Source: Prolixibacteraceae bacterium (GTDB lineage Bacteria > Bacteroidota > Bacteroidia > Bacteroidales > Prolixibacteraceae). Taken from it: DNA of 64,000 nt. The stretch is from the NCBI GenBank assembly GCA_034003625.1, contig JAVEYG010000015.1, positions 22,726 through 86,725 on the forward strand, written 5' to 3'. A program made the position numbers and the translations under genes. The notes below the pieces were generated by a model. The model was not told where the DNA came from, made no database searches, and was given only the letters and a program-made list of their open reading frames with translations. Positions 8,236 to 17,199 of this stretch are shown in pieces. Numbering within the stretch: the stretch's first letter is position 1; every line of letters starts with the position of its first letter.

Positions 8236-8690
8236 ATAAAAACCATTTGCGAAAATCTTGTCAAAGCAATGTGGCTGATACTCCGGTGGTTGAAATAACG
8301 CTTGCCAGGGCAGGCAATAAATCCGGTTCGCAAATAGCGCCTTTTGGGCTTACCCTGTTTCTCATTTGCGAAAACCGGGCTTGGGGCTTTTTGCTAATGT
8401 GCTGGATGACAACAGGTATAAAAAACAGCAATCCGGGCTATTTCCGAAAATGCTGTTTTTGGGCGTTCGTGTAAACCATTTGCGAAAAATTGGTTCTGCG
8501 TAAAGAGCTGACAGGTAGTAATATATCCCGAAAGAAACACAAGCGGTCGGGGAGTGGGGCAATATTTGTCCGCTCATTTTCGAAATTTTTAGCGGGTATG
8601 CTTCTATATCGCTGATTTATTGTCGTATATTGCAAGCTGAAAGGAAAAAGAAAGAAGCGCCGGCAGGATTAATTGGCTGATAACCTGCCT
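8236..8690 (+). promoter_or_regulatory. CRISPR leader region
   Basis: 455 nt between cas2 and the first repeat. It carries three CATTTGCGAAAA boxes at 8244, 8363 and 8477. ORFs here (8247-8474 and others) have no support. Confidence 0.55.
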
Positions 8691-9358
8691 ATTCCTTTAT
8701 AAGTGAGCCTTCGGGCGACTGAGACCCATAGGATGGTGTATAACCATAATATCCATTATCAATTCCTTTATAAGTGAGCCTTCGGGCGACTGAGACAAGC
8801 TTGTATGGTATAACCCATTTATCGTTCGTAAATTTATTCCTTTATAAGTGAGCCTTCGGGCGACTGAGACAAATAGCTTTATTATAAGAAACCTTAGATT
8901 CTCCTGTATTCCTTTATAAGTGAGCCTTCGGGCGACTGAGACGTCCTTGTGGTAAACAGTGCGAGCCGGTGTAATATTCCTTTATAAGTGAGCCTTCGGG
9001 CGACTGAGACAAATATTCCAGCATCATCTTGCCCAACTGCTAAATAAAATTCCTTTATAAGTGAGCCTTCGGGCGACTGAGACCTTCTTCCTTCGATAAA
9101 GTATTGGCACCTTCTTCATTCCTTTATAAGTGAGCCTTCGGGCGGCTGAGACAAATTACACTTTTGTAAGATGATTCCGTAAACTATTCCTTTATAAGTG
9201 AGCCTTCGGGCGGCTGAGACACATGAGAAGCTTGCTCATTTTCTTCACCAGCTATTCCTTTATAAGTGAGCCTTCGGGCGGCTGAGACGAAGTGTTTCTT
9301 TTATCAAATCAACGATTCCCTGTATTATTCCTTTATAAGTGAGCCTTCGGGCGGCTGA
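8691..9358 (+). CRISPR. CRISPR array with 10 repeats (35 nt) and 9 spacers (33-39 nt); the last repeat is truncated
   Basis: The repeat is ATTCCTTTATAAGTGAGCCTTCGGGCGACTGAGAC, at 8691, 8762, 8836, 8908, 8976, 9049, 9118, 9186, 9254 and 9327. Repeats 7-10 carry an A>G change (GGGCGGCTGAGAC). Repeat 10 ends after ..GGCTGA at 9358. The internal hairpin is GCC-TTCG-GGC. Orientation follows from the cas2/leader side and the distal variants. Confidence 0.95.
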
Positions 9359-9790
9359 ATGTTGGCTGCTTCATTCATCATTCAAAATTCATCATTCAAC
9401 ATTGTTTTTTATGGGTGGCTCTTGGGCGACGAGGACGTTTATTTCAAAATTTACATCCCAATTCCGTCCGGGAAAAAGGCATTATCCTTGAAAAACATTT
9501 TCTCGCGGACGGATTGCTTTCGTTATTTCCGGCCCGGGGCGGCTCCCGGTAAAAAACCGGTCTTGCCCCGGGCTATTGACAGCTTGCCCTTTCAGGGTAA
9601 AAACAATGGCTTTCAAATGTTTTCCCGGTTATTCTTATCCGGGCTGCATCAATGATGATGAAGGACTAAGTAGTATTTGTAATCCCTTTACGGGTAAGCC
9701 TCAAGCGACCAGAGTACTGGCTGCTTCATTCATCATTCAAAATTTATCATTCATCATTCGATTCATGGGTGGCCTTCGGGTGACCGGAAA
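9359..9790. repeat. About 1.2 copies of the ~356-bp tandem repeat abutting the truncated CRISPR repeat
   Basis: GGCTGCTTCATTCATCATTCAAAATT.. occurs at 9364 and 9721. The sequence is near-identical to 7361-7612 plus 7101-7360. Confidence 0.9.
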
Positions 9791-9943
9791 CCTTATGGGT
9801 GATGCGATTTTTAATCGCGATTGAAAATCAGTTACCCGGTTTGTAAATAAAATAACATGGAGCTGCTGCAAAAAAGTCTCTCTGTTTGGAAGGGTTGGGG
9901 GGCTTTTCATTATCTTGCTTCGGTTTTATCGACACCGATGCAC

Positions 9944-12841
9944 ATGAAGAAAATACTATACTTTCTGGCTCTCGCGTTTATCCTGCCGGTTGCCGCATTT
10001 TCCCAGTATTTTGAAACCGGGCAGGACCCGGCGGGTATCCGTTGGCGGCAGATCAACACGCCAAATTTCCAGCTTATTTTTCCTGAAGATTTTGAACCTC
10101 AGGCCCAACGTGTGGCCTACATTTTTGAAAAAGTGTACGATTATTCGTTAGAAAATTTGGGACGGGCCCCCCGGAAAATATCGGTGATACTGCACACCCA
10201 CACCGTGAAGTCGAATGCGCTGGTGGCCTGGGCGCCCCGGCGTGTCGAATTTTTTACCACGCCCCATCAGCAGGTTTATGCACAGGACTGGCTTGAACAA
10301 CTGGCCATTCACGAGTTTGCCCACGTAGTGCAAATGGACCGTGTGCAACAGGAACTGCCCAGGCTCTTTACCCTTTTGTTAGGCGAACAGGCTGCTGCTG
10401 CCGTAGTGGGGGCTTACCTTCCGTTCTGGCTCCTCGAAGGCGACGCAGTGAGCAACGAAACGGCTTTTACGCGGGCCGGCCGCGGCCGTTTGCCTTCATT
10501 TCTGATGGAGAACAAAGCCCTCGCGCTTGAAAAAAGAAACTATTCGCTGAATAAATTATATCTTGGTTCGTACAAAGAGTATGTCCCCGATCATTATTCT
10601 TTGGGCTATTGGTTTGCAGGAAAAGTGAAGGAGAAATACGGTGCAGAAATATGGAATACCGCGATGAGCAGTGCTGCCCGTAAACCGCTTTTGCTGCGGC
10701 CTGTCCATTCGGCGCTGAAAAAAGAAACCGGGATGGGGCAGGAGGCTCTTTTTAAACAGGTGTTTTCAGAATTAAAGGAAGAGTGGCAGCAGGAACTTGC
10801 CGATGCCGGGGTGCGCGGTTACCCGGTAATTTCGCCTGCCAAAAAATATTTTGCCAGTTACCTGTATGCCCATCCGTACAAAGGGAACCTGTATGCCCTG
10901 CGGGAATCGCTCGACGATATTCCCCGCATCGTGCGCATCGACAGCCTGAAAAACGAACAAGTGGTACACACGCCTGCATGGCTTTTCAGGGAATCGTTTT
11001 CCGGCGAAAAGAACCTGTTGATTTGGTCCGAAAACCAGCCCGACATCCGCTGGACGCATTCCGACCGTTCGGTAATCGGTATTTTTGACCTCGAATCGGG
11101 GGCGAAAAGAAGGCTCCGTACCGAAAATAAACTGTTTGCCCCCCAAATATCGCCCGGCCTATCGACTTTTGCGGCGGTTGAAATAGATTCCCGCAACCGC
11201 TATTTTTTGTCTGTATTTGATCTGAAAACGGGCGAACGGAAACTGCAATACGCGGCACCTGATAACCAGTTATTTTTTACGCCCTGCTGGGACGAAACCG
11301 GCGACCGCCTGTTTTTTGTTGCCCTGAAACCGGAAGGGAAATACATGGCCTCGCTGAAAATAGGGGAAGAGCGGCATGTAGTGCTTTCCGAAGCATCATT
11401 TGCAAATATTAAAAACCCGGTGTATCATTCAGGAAAACTATATTTTGTGGGAAGTTATTCGGGAATCGACAACCTTTACGCGATTGATTTGATGAGCCGG
11501 AATAAATACCAGCTGACATCAGTAAAATTCGGGGCCGATTATCCTGTTGTTTCTGAAAAGGATGGTGAAATTATTTTCAGTAATTATTCGTCGAACGGTT
11601 TTGTGCTGGCCAAACTGGCCAACCAGCCGGAAAACTGGCAGAAGTTGGATGATTTTCCGGATAGAAAATTTGAATTGGCTGAAAACCTGTCGGCACAAAT
11701 GAAGGGCCGTCTGGAGCTGCAAAAGCCCGATTCGGTGGCATACCCCTCGAAAAAGTATAGTAAATTAGGCCATGCCCTGAATTTTCACAGTTGGGCTCCG
11801 CTTTTTGTCGATTCCGACGAGTACGGGATCAGGCCGGGCGTTTCGCTGTTTTCGCAAAATAAATTAGGGACGGCAGTGCTAAAATTGGGGTACGACTACG
11901 ACCGCTCCCAAAAAACAGGGAAGTTCGTCACAGGGCTTACCTATTCGGGCTGGTACCCCGTTCTCGAGGCTGGCCTGAAAGTCGGAAAAAGCGCTTCGGA
12001 GTATTACCAGATCACGCAGACAGTGAACCAGCAGGGACAGGTAATCAAACAGGATACGGTGGTAAAGCGTTTTCTCTGGAACGAGCAGGAACTGAACCTG
12101 AACACGAACCTTCCGCTGAACCTGAGTTCGGGCCGATACCTCCGCTTGTTGCAGCCGGAGGTGATATATGAATACACAAAGGTGGCACACGAGCGCAGTA
12201 CGCCCGATAATTTTTTTAGCGGGAATTACCAGACCCTTAGCTACCGTTTGTATTTTCATAACCTGCACCGGATGTCTCACCAGGATATTCAACACGACTG
12301 GGGACAGATTGTGGAACTGGTTTACCGTCATTCGCCGTTTGGGAATATGGATTTCGGGGACCTTGTGGCTGCTCAGTCATATTTATATTTTCCCGGATTG
12401 GCAAAAAATCACGGCTTCCGCTTTTACAACGGGATACAGGAAAAAACCATGGCAGGCCGGAATTCCTTTTCGAACGTGATCCGTACCCCGCGCGGTTACC
12501 ACAGTATGCAGAATACCCGGTTTTATTCGTTTGCCGGCGATTACCGGTTTCCGATTGCCTGTCCCGACATAGGCATTGGCAAATGGGCGTACATCAAGCG
12601 GGTCAAAGCCTCGCTGTTTTACGACTATGGCAGTTTGCAGGCGCCAGTGTTCAACGATGACGGAAAATACCTGTACAGTGTAGGGCATACCATGCAGTCG
12701 GCAGGTGTTGAATTCCGGTCTGATTTGCATGTATTGCGTTTCTTCGCACCCATAGAGGCAGGCATTCGCACTACTTACCGACCTGATTTTCAGGATGTGC
12801 AGTTTGAATTACTGTTTTCGGTCGATTTCTCTGGTTTTTAA
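9944..12841 (+). CDS. Secreted or outer-membrane multidomain protein: gluzincin-like HExxH region, TolB-like beta-propeller repeats and a C-terminal beta-barrel-like region
   Basis: The likely start is ATG 9944 (MKKILYFLALAFILPVAAFSQ signal peptide); the ORF-track start 9857 is probably too early. HEFAHVVQ is followed by LLEGDA about 40 aa later. There are repeated propeller-like segments (FAPQISPG.., FFTPCWDETGDRLFF, LYFVGSYSGIDNLYAIDL). The C-terminal residue is aromatic (..DFSGF). Confidence 0.6.
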   Translation: MKKILYFLALAFILPVAAFSQYFETGQDPAGIRWRQINTPNFQLIFPEDFEPQAQRVAYIFEKVYDYSLENLGRAPRKISVILHTHTVKSNALVAWAPRRVEFFTTPHQQVYAQDWLEQLAIHEFAHVVQMDRVQQELPRLFTLLLGEQAAAAVVGAYLPFWLLEGDAVSNETAFTRAGRGRLPSFLMENKALALEKRNYSLNKLYLGSYKEYVPDHYSLGYWFAGKVKEKYGAEIWNTAMSSAARKPLLLRPVHSALKKETGMGQEALFKQVFSELKEEWQQELADAGVRGYPVISPAKKYFASYLYAHPYKGNLYALRESLDDIPRIVRIDSLKNEQVVHTPAWLFRESFSGEKNLLIWSENQPDIRWTHSDRSVIGIFDLESGAKRRLRTENKLFAPQISPGLSTFAAVEIDSRNRYFLSVFDLKTGERKLQYAAPDNQLFFTPCWDETGDRLFFVALKPEGKYMASLKIGEERHVVLSEASFANIKNPVYHSGKLYFVGSYSGIDNLYAIDLMSRNKYQLTSVKFGADYPVVSEKDGEIIFSNYSSNGFVLAKLANQPENWQKLDDFPDRKFELAENLSAQMKGRLELQKPDSVAYPSKKYSKLGHALNFHSWAPLFVDSDEYGIRPGVSLFSQNKLGTAVLKLGYDYDRSQKTGKFVTGLTYSGWYPVLEAGLKVGKSASEYYQITQTVNQQGQVIKQDTVVKRFLWNEQELNLNTNLPLNLSSGRYLRLLQPEVIYEYTKVAHERSTPDNFFSGNYQTLSYRLYFHNLHRMSHQDIQHDWGQIVELVYRHSPFGNMDFGDLVAAQSYLYFPGLAKNHGFRFYNGIQEKTMAGRNSFSNVIRTPRGYHSMQNTRFYSFAGDYRFPIACPDIGIGKWAYIKRVKASLFYDYGSLQAPVFNDDGKYLYSVGHTMQSAGVEFRSDLHVLRFFAPIEAGIRTTYRPDFQDVQFELLFSVDFSGF

Positions 12842-12873
12842 ACTTTTTCACGCGAAACCGCGAAGCTGCAAAA

Positions 12874-13464
12874 TTATTCTTTCACCTCTTCGTATTCGGT
12901 ATCGACTACCCCGGGGTTTTGTTTTGCCTGTATTTGTCGTAGTTTACGGATTTTAAACGACCACAACAGCTCGCCAAGCCCGTATACAAACACCACGATG
13001 CCGAAAAGTACCAACACGGCCCGGGCGCTTTCAAACGGGTGGGCGATCAAAATGATACCAGCCACCAATGAAACCATCGAAATGACCAGCATTGGCCACG
13101 AAAAACCGATCCGTCCCCTTGTGCCAAGCAGGTTCATCAGTTGCGAAGCCCCGGCCAGCACCAATAACAGGCCGATCACAAAAACAAATACATTTACTAA
13201 AAGCGTTGGGAAAACAACCAGGATGAAGCCGATCACTAAATTGGAAACGCCTCTTGGCACAATCGGGAGTACCTTCCTTTGTTTGGTGCTGAAATAATCA
13301 GTCAGAAAGGCGATAAGGCCGTCGGCCAGCAATACAATTCCCAGAAACTGCATCAATGTTTTCAGGGAGAAACCGGGGACCGCCACCACTGTGATCCCGG
13401 CCAGCATGGCCAGAATCCCCCGTAATAAAAGGCGGTTGGGATTTGCAGAGGTAAAAAGTATCAT
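12874..13464 (-). CDS. Small polytopic membrane protein (HdeD/DUF308-like)
   Basis: 196 aa with about 6 hydrophobic segments and a repeated G-rich TM pattern (LRGILAMLAGITVVAVPG, LGIVLLADGLIAF). Confidence 0.45.
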   Translation of the reverse strand: MILFTSANPNRLLLRGILAMLAGITVVAVPGFSLKTLMQFLGIVLLADGLIAFLTDYFSTKQRKVLPIVPRGVSNLVIGFILVVFPTLLVNVFVFVIGLLLVLAGASQLMNLLGTRGRIGFSWPMLVISMVSLVAGIILIAHPFESARAVLVLFGIVVFVYGLGELLWSFKIRKLRQIQAKQNPGVVDTEYEEVKE

Positions 13465-13534
13465 GTGTTTTGTTTTTTAAGCAAGTATAAATATACCACC
13501 ATTCCGGCAATTAGCTCATTCTTTGGGAAAAATA

Positions 13535-14746
13535 CTATTGTTTTCGGCGGATTGTGATCTTTGTAATTTCAGGCCGCATTTCTACCCGCCCTGCAAAACC
13601 GATGGTCCCCAGCCCCCGGTTCACATACAGAAACCGGTTATCCTGGCGGTACAGGCCTCCCCAGTGCTTCTGGATAAAAAACATGGGGCTGAACTCAATC
13701 CCGGCCAGACGGAAGCCAAATTGCAGGCCGTGTGTATGCCCTGCCAGGGTAAGCAGGATGTTGGTATGCGGGATCACCTGTGCCTGCCAATGGGCCGGGT
13801 CGTGGCTCATCAAAATTGAAAAAGCGCCCGGAGGGATCCCTGCCGTAGCTTTGTCTATGTCGGCATACTGTGGGAACGGGTCGTGCCCCCAGTTTTCGAC
13901 GCCAATGATGTAAAGGGTTGTATCGCCGATCACAATACGGCGGTTTTCGTTCAGCAGTAAATCAAAACCCATTTCCCGGATCGAATCGCGGATGGCAGCC
14001 AGGTTTTCTGTCCGTTCTCCCGGCGACCTCCATTGGTAATAATCACCGTAATCGTGGTTCCCGGTGATGGCCAGCTTGCCATAATCGGCCTTCATTTCCC
14101 TGAAATAACGGACGTACCCTTCGGTTTCCGGGCTGAAATTATTCACCATGTCGCCGGTAAAAAGCAACAAGCCGGGTTTTAGTTTCTCAATGATTTTGCA
14201 GGTTTTTCGCACAATTGCCTTGTCCCCGTTCAGGCTTCCAAGGTGAATATCCGAAATCTGGACGATCGTTAATCCGTCGAGTTGTTCCGGCAGGGAATCG
14301 AACGAGAGGGAAATTTCTTCTACCCGGATTTGCTTTTTATCTGCCAGCACACTGTATGCCATGGTCAGCATTACCCCGAGGACAATAATTAAACCCGAAG
14401 TAAATATAACTTGTCCGATATATTTATTAATCAGCGAAATAATTCCTGTAATAATCGTGAATAAACTCAGGATGGCTTTGGGGACAAGGTTGAAAAAAGT
14501 AAGTACCAGCACAAAATTGAAATATCCGTAACTGGTCGTATTTTTCAGCCGTTCGGGGTTGGCAAAAGTGTATAAAAATGCAGCAACAATGTACAACGCG
14601 ACGGCCCAGTACAGAATGCTGAAGGTCACTTTTTGCCGTCGCGTTGATCGGGACATGGAACGATATAAACCTGTAAACGAAATGATTTCGATGCCGATGT
14701 ATACCAGCATAAAGATGAAAAAAACAGAAACAGGCAGGCCACGCAT
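13535..14746 (-). CDS. Membrane-anchored metallophosphoesterase
   Basis: The N-terminus has TM helices. These are followed by calcineurin-like motifs DIHLG, GDMVN, GNHDY and GHTHG. Confidence 0.8.
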   Translation of the reverse strand: MRGLPVSVFFIFMLVYIGIEIISFTGLYRSMSRSTRRQKVTFSILYWAVALYIVAAFLYTFANPERLKNTTSYGYFNFVLVLTFFNLVPKAILSLFTIITGIISLINKYIGQVIFTSGLIIVLGVMLTMAYSVLADKKQIRVEEISLSFDSLPEQLDGLTIVQISDIHLGSLNGDKAIVRKTCKIIEKLKPGLLLFTGDMVNNFSPETEGYVRYFREMKADYGKLAITGNHDYGDYYQWRSPGERTENLAAIRDSIREMGFDLLLNENRRIVIGDTTLYIIGVENWGHDPFPQYADIDKATAGIPPGAFSILMSHDPAHWQAQVIPHTNILLTLAGHTHGLQFGFRLAGIEFSPMFFIQKHWGGLYRQDNRFLYVNRGLGTIGFAGRVEMRPEITKITIRRKQ

Positions 14747-14952
14747 AAAATGTATTGTTCGTTATCAGGACAAATTCCTGGCGTAAAAATAAGAAAATTG
14801 AATATCCTCAAGTTACCTGATGCCATTCAATTTTGGAACGATAACATCATCTTTTTGAAAGATATAAACGAAATGGGTATAATGGTTTTCTACATTCGTT
14901 GCGACAATAAATGAAAAGAGTCTGTCCAACAAGTTCTAAAATTCGCAATTCT

Positions 14953-15027
14953 TGTCACCCTGACATAGTGAAGGGTCTCCTGTTTTGCGCTATACACAAC
15001 AGATGCCTCGCTATGTTCAGCATGACA
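14953..15027. mobile_element. MITE/REP-like hairpin element (copy 2, diverged)
   Basis: TGTCACCCTGACATAGTGAAGG....CCTCGCTATGTTCAGCATGACA, the same family as 7648-7723. Confidence 0.5.
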
Positions 15028-15116
15028 AAACAATATTGGTACAACACGAAGCTTTTGGAACAGCCTCTTTTTATTTTGATTTTGAGTGGCGATGCGTCAA
15101 TCGCCTTTTTGTAAAA

Positions 15117-15190
15117 ATCAAAGTGCAGATACGTTGTAGTTTACAGGCTTTTGTTTTTCAGCACTTTGACACTTGGTGATCCCACCGGAG
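15117..15190 (+). repeat. Left copy of a ~73-nt direct repeat with an internal 12-bp hairpin, ending in a tRNA acceptor-like GTGATCCCACCGG
   Basis: By hand alignment, 63 of 73 positions are identical to 51228-51300. The internal stem is TCAAAGTGCAGA / TCAGCACTTTGA. Confidence 0.75.
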
Positions 15191-15195
15191 AAATG

Positions 15196-15378
15196 TCGAA
15201 TTTTTTACTTGAAGTTAGGAACCCGATGGTATTGATCGCAAGAGATGGATTAAGTAACGAAACATTCAATCAGATTTTTATTATACCGTCTAATGGTAGG
15301 GAGTCAGTGAAGCTTACCGGTTCTGCCACCAGGGTTGAACAATTTTCATGGAGCCCTGATTTTTTTTTTAAACATTAA
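15196..15378 (+). pseudogene. Possible remnant of a beta-propeller (TolB/DPP-IV-like) gene
   Basis: Short ORF with ..LIARDGLSNE..VKLTGSATRVEQFSWSPD. There is no proper N-terminus and it ends in a poly-T tract. Confidence 0.2.
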
Positions 15379-15553
15379 TTACTAACTTGCTCGAAAATCA
15401 AAAATCAATGAATAGGTCTTGCAACTTATACTTATCTTTTTGTAAAGGGTCTTTGTGTCAGTTTGTTATTGATGCCGGATCAGGGATAAAAGAGCCAACA
15501 TTGCAAATCCTGACAAGGATTTCGGCCTTTCATGTTAACCATTCTTTAAAAGT

Positions 15554-17173
15554 ATGAACCTCCTTCAGTTTCTTCAAAAGGAGTCTGATAAGCCTTTATT
15601 AAAGCTGGCTTTATTTACTGCGTTGTCCGGTCTTTCAAGTACGGGTGTGATCGCCTTGGTCAACATTGCAGCGATAAAAGGCACCACACAAACGGTCAGT
15701 TTCAGTCATTTTTTAATGTTCCTCGTTGTGGTAGGGATCTTCATTACCACACAAAAATATATTCTCACAGAAGGGGTCGTCCTTATTGAAGACATTCTCA
15801 ACAAAATCAGGTTAAGACTTTCGGACAAGATCCGGCGGGCAGATCTTCTGAACATCGAGAGAATAGGGAATGCCAAGATTTACAACCGGTTGACACAGGA
15901 ATTGGTGTTCATCTCCCAAATGTCGGTTTACCTGATCACGGCTTTGCAGTCGGCAATTATGCTCATCTTTATTTTTGGTTATATCGCCTTTTTGAACTTC
16001 GTCGCTGCAATCATCCTGCTGGTTATTTTATTGATCGGAGTGATGCTTTTCAACAAAAACAATAAAAAAGTGTATGCCAAACTGGATGAAACAAACAAGG
16101 CCGAACTCGACTATTTCAGGTCGCTGACAGACATTTTGGACGGATTGAAGGAAATCAAACTGAACAGAAAAAAAAGCAATGATTTGTATGCAAGCCACAA
16201 CCAGATTTCTTCGGTGTTAAAAAAACTGAAAGTCGCCACCGGATATCTTTTTTCAAAGAATATGGTTTTTTCGCAAGCGTTCATTTACATTGTACTGGGA
16301 GCTATCGTGTTTGTGCTACCTCAACTGAAACCCGACTTTTCGAAAGAAATAATCAGCACGACTACTGCCATGTTGTTCGCCATCGGGCCCTTGTCATCGC
16401 TGGTGTCGATGATCCCGCAGTATGAGCAGCTCAATCTGTCCGTCAGAAATATAAATTTGCTGGAAGAAGAGTTGGACCAGTATATGAACCTGGACGAAGT
16501 GCAACAGCCTGAAGGGGAAAACCGCTTTCTCCATTTCAGTAAAATTGAATTGAGGGGGCTTCGCTTTCAGTTCAGGAATGGCGAAAACTCAGACGCGTTT
16601 GCAATCGGTCCGCTGGATTTGACCATCAACCGGGGAGAAACTATCTTTTTGATTGGCGGCAACGGAAGCGGTAAAACCACGCTGTTAAAAGCGCTCACAT
16701 TGCTTTACAGCAAACTGGATTCCGGTAATATATATGTGGACAACAGGCTCGTGGACAATACCAGTTATCTGGAATACCGGGAGCTTTATTCCGCGGTTTT
16801 TTACGATTTTCACCTTTTTGATAAATTGTACGGTCTGGAACAGGTTGATCCCGCCAGGGTAAACGAGCTATTGAAACTGATGCAGATTGAGCATAAGACA
16901 GAGTTCCGCGATAACCGGTTTACCAGGCAGAACCTGTCTACCGGACAAAGAAAGCGCCTGGCATTGATTGTTACATTGCTCGAGGATAAACCGATCTTTA
17001 TTTTCGACGAATGGGCTGCCGATCAGGATCCGCAGTTTAAAGACTACTTCTATGATGTTTTATTGAAAAAACTAAAAGCTGAAGGGAAAACAGTTATCGC
17101 TGTCAGCCACGACGACCGGTATTTCCATGTAGCCGACAGAGTGATTAAAATGGATTACGGTAACTTTGTATAA
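15554..17173 (+). CDS. Cyclic-peptide/siderophore-type ABC exporter (fused TMD-NBD, SyrD/PvdE-like)
   Basis: 539 aa. An N-terminal 6-TM region is followed by Walker A (GGNGSGKTT), the ABC signature (LSTGQRKRLAL) and Walker B (IFIFDEWAADQD). It lies adjacent to the NRPS cluster. Confidence 0.8.
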   Translation: MNLLQFLQKESDKPLLKLALFTALSGLSSTGVIALVNIAAIKGTTQTVSFSHFLMFLVVVGIFITTQKYILTEGVVLIEDILNKIRLRLSDKIRRADLLNIERIGNAKIYNRLTQELVFISQMSVYLITALQSAIMLIFIFGYIAFLNFVAAIILLVILLIGVMLFNKNNKKVYAKLDETNKAELDYFRSLTDILDGLKEIKLNRKKSNDLYASHNQISSVLKKLKVATGYLFSKNMVFSQAFIYIVLGAIVFVLPQLKPDFSKEIISTTTAMLFAIGPLSSLVSMIPQYEQLNLSVRNINLLEEELDQYMNLDEVQQPEGENRFLHFSKIELRGLRFQFRNGENSDAFAIGPLDLTINRGETIFLIGGNGSGKTTLLKALTLLYSKLDSGNIYVDNRLVDNTSYLEYRELYSAVFYDFHLFDKLYGLEQVDPARVNELLKLMQIEHKTEFRDNRFTRQNLSTGQRKRLALIVTLLEDKPIFIFDEWAADQDPQFKDYFYDVLLKKLKAEGKTVIAVSHDDRYFHVADRVIKMDYGNFV

Positions 17174-17199
17174 TTGGACGACGCTAATTATTAACGCGA

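Noticed and set aside
8247-8635. ORFs 8247-8474 (+), 8362-8577 (-) and 8438-8635 (-) between cas2 and the array
   Set aside because: They lie in the CRISPR leader, overlap one another, and have no motifs or start context. No Cas1-like sequence is present.
8726-9326. Possible self-targeting CRISPR spacers
   Set aside because: I compared the nine spacers by eye with the rest of the window and saw no match. A genome- and virome-wide search would be needed before any claim.
7073-9824. ORF pairs 7073-7297/7218-7574 and 9359-9655/9576-9824 encoding near-identical peptides
   Set aside because: They lie entirely in the 356-bp tandem repeat copies. Their identity reflects DNA repetition, and the reading frames are broken differently in each copy.
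15088-15111. Plus-strand terminator-like hairpin GGCGAT-gcgtca-ATCGCC followed by TTTTT
   Set aside because: The structure is real, but no plus-strand gene or RNA can be assigned upstream of it. It may belong to the island-border repeat context, so it is not listed as a functional terminator.
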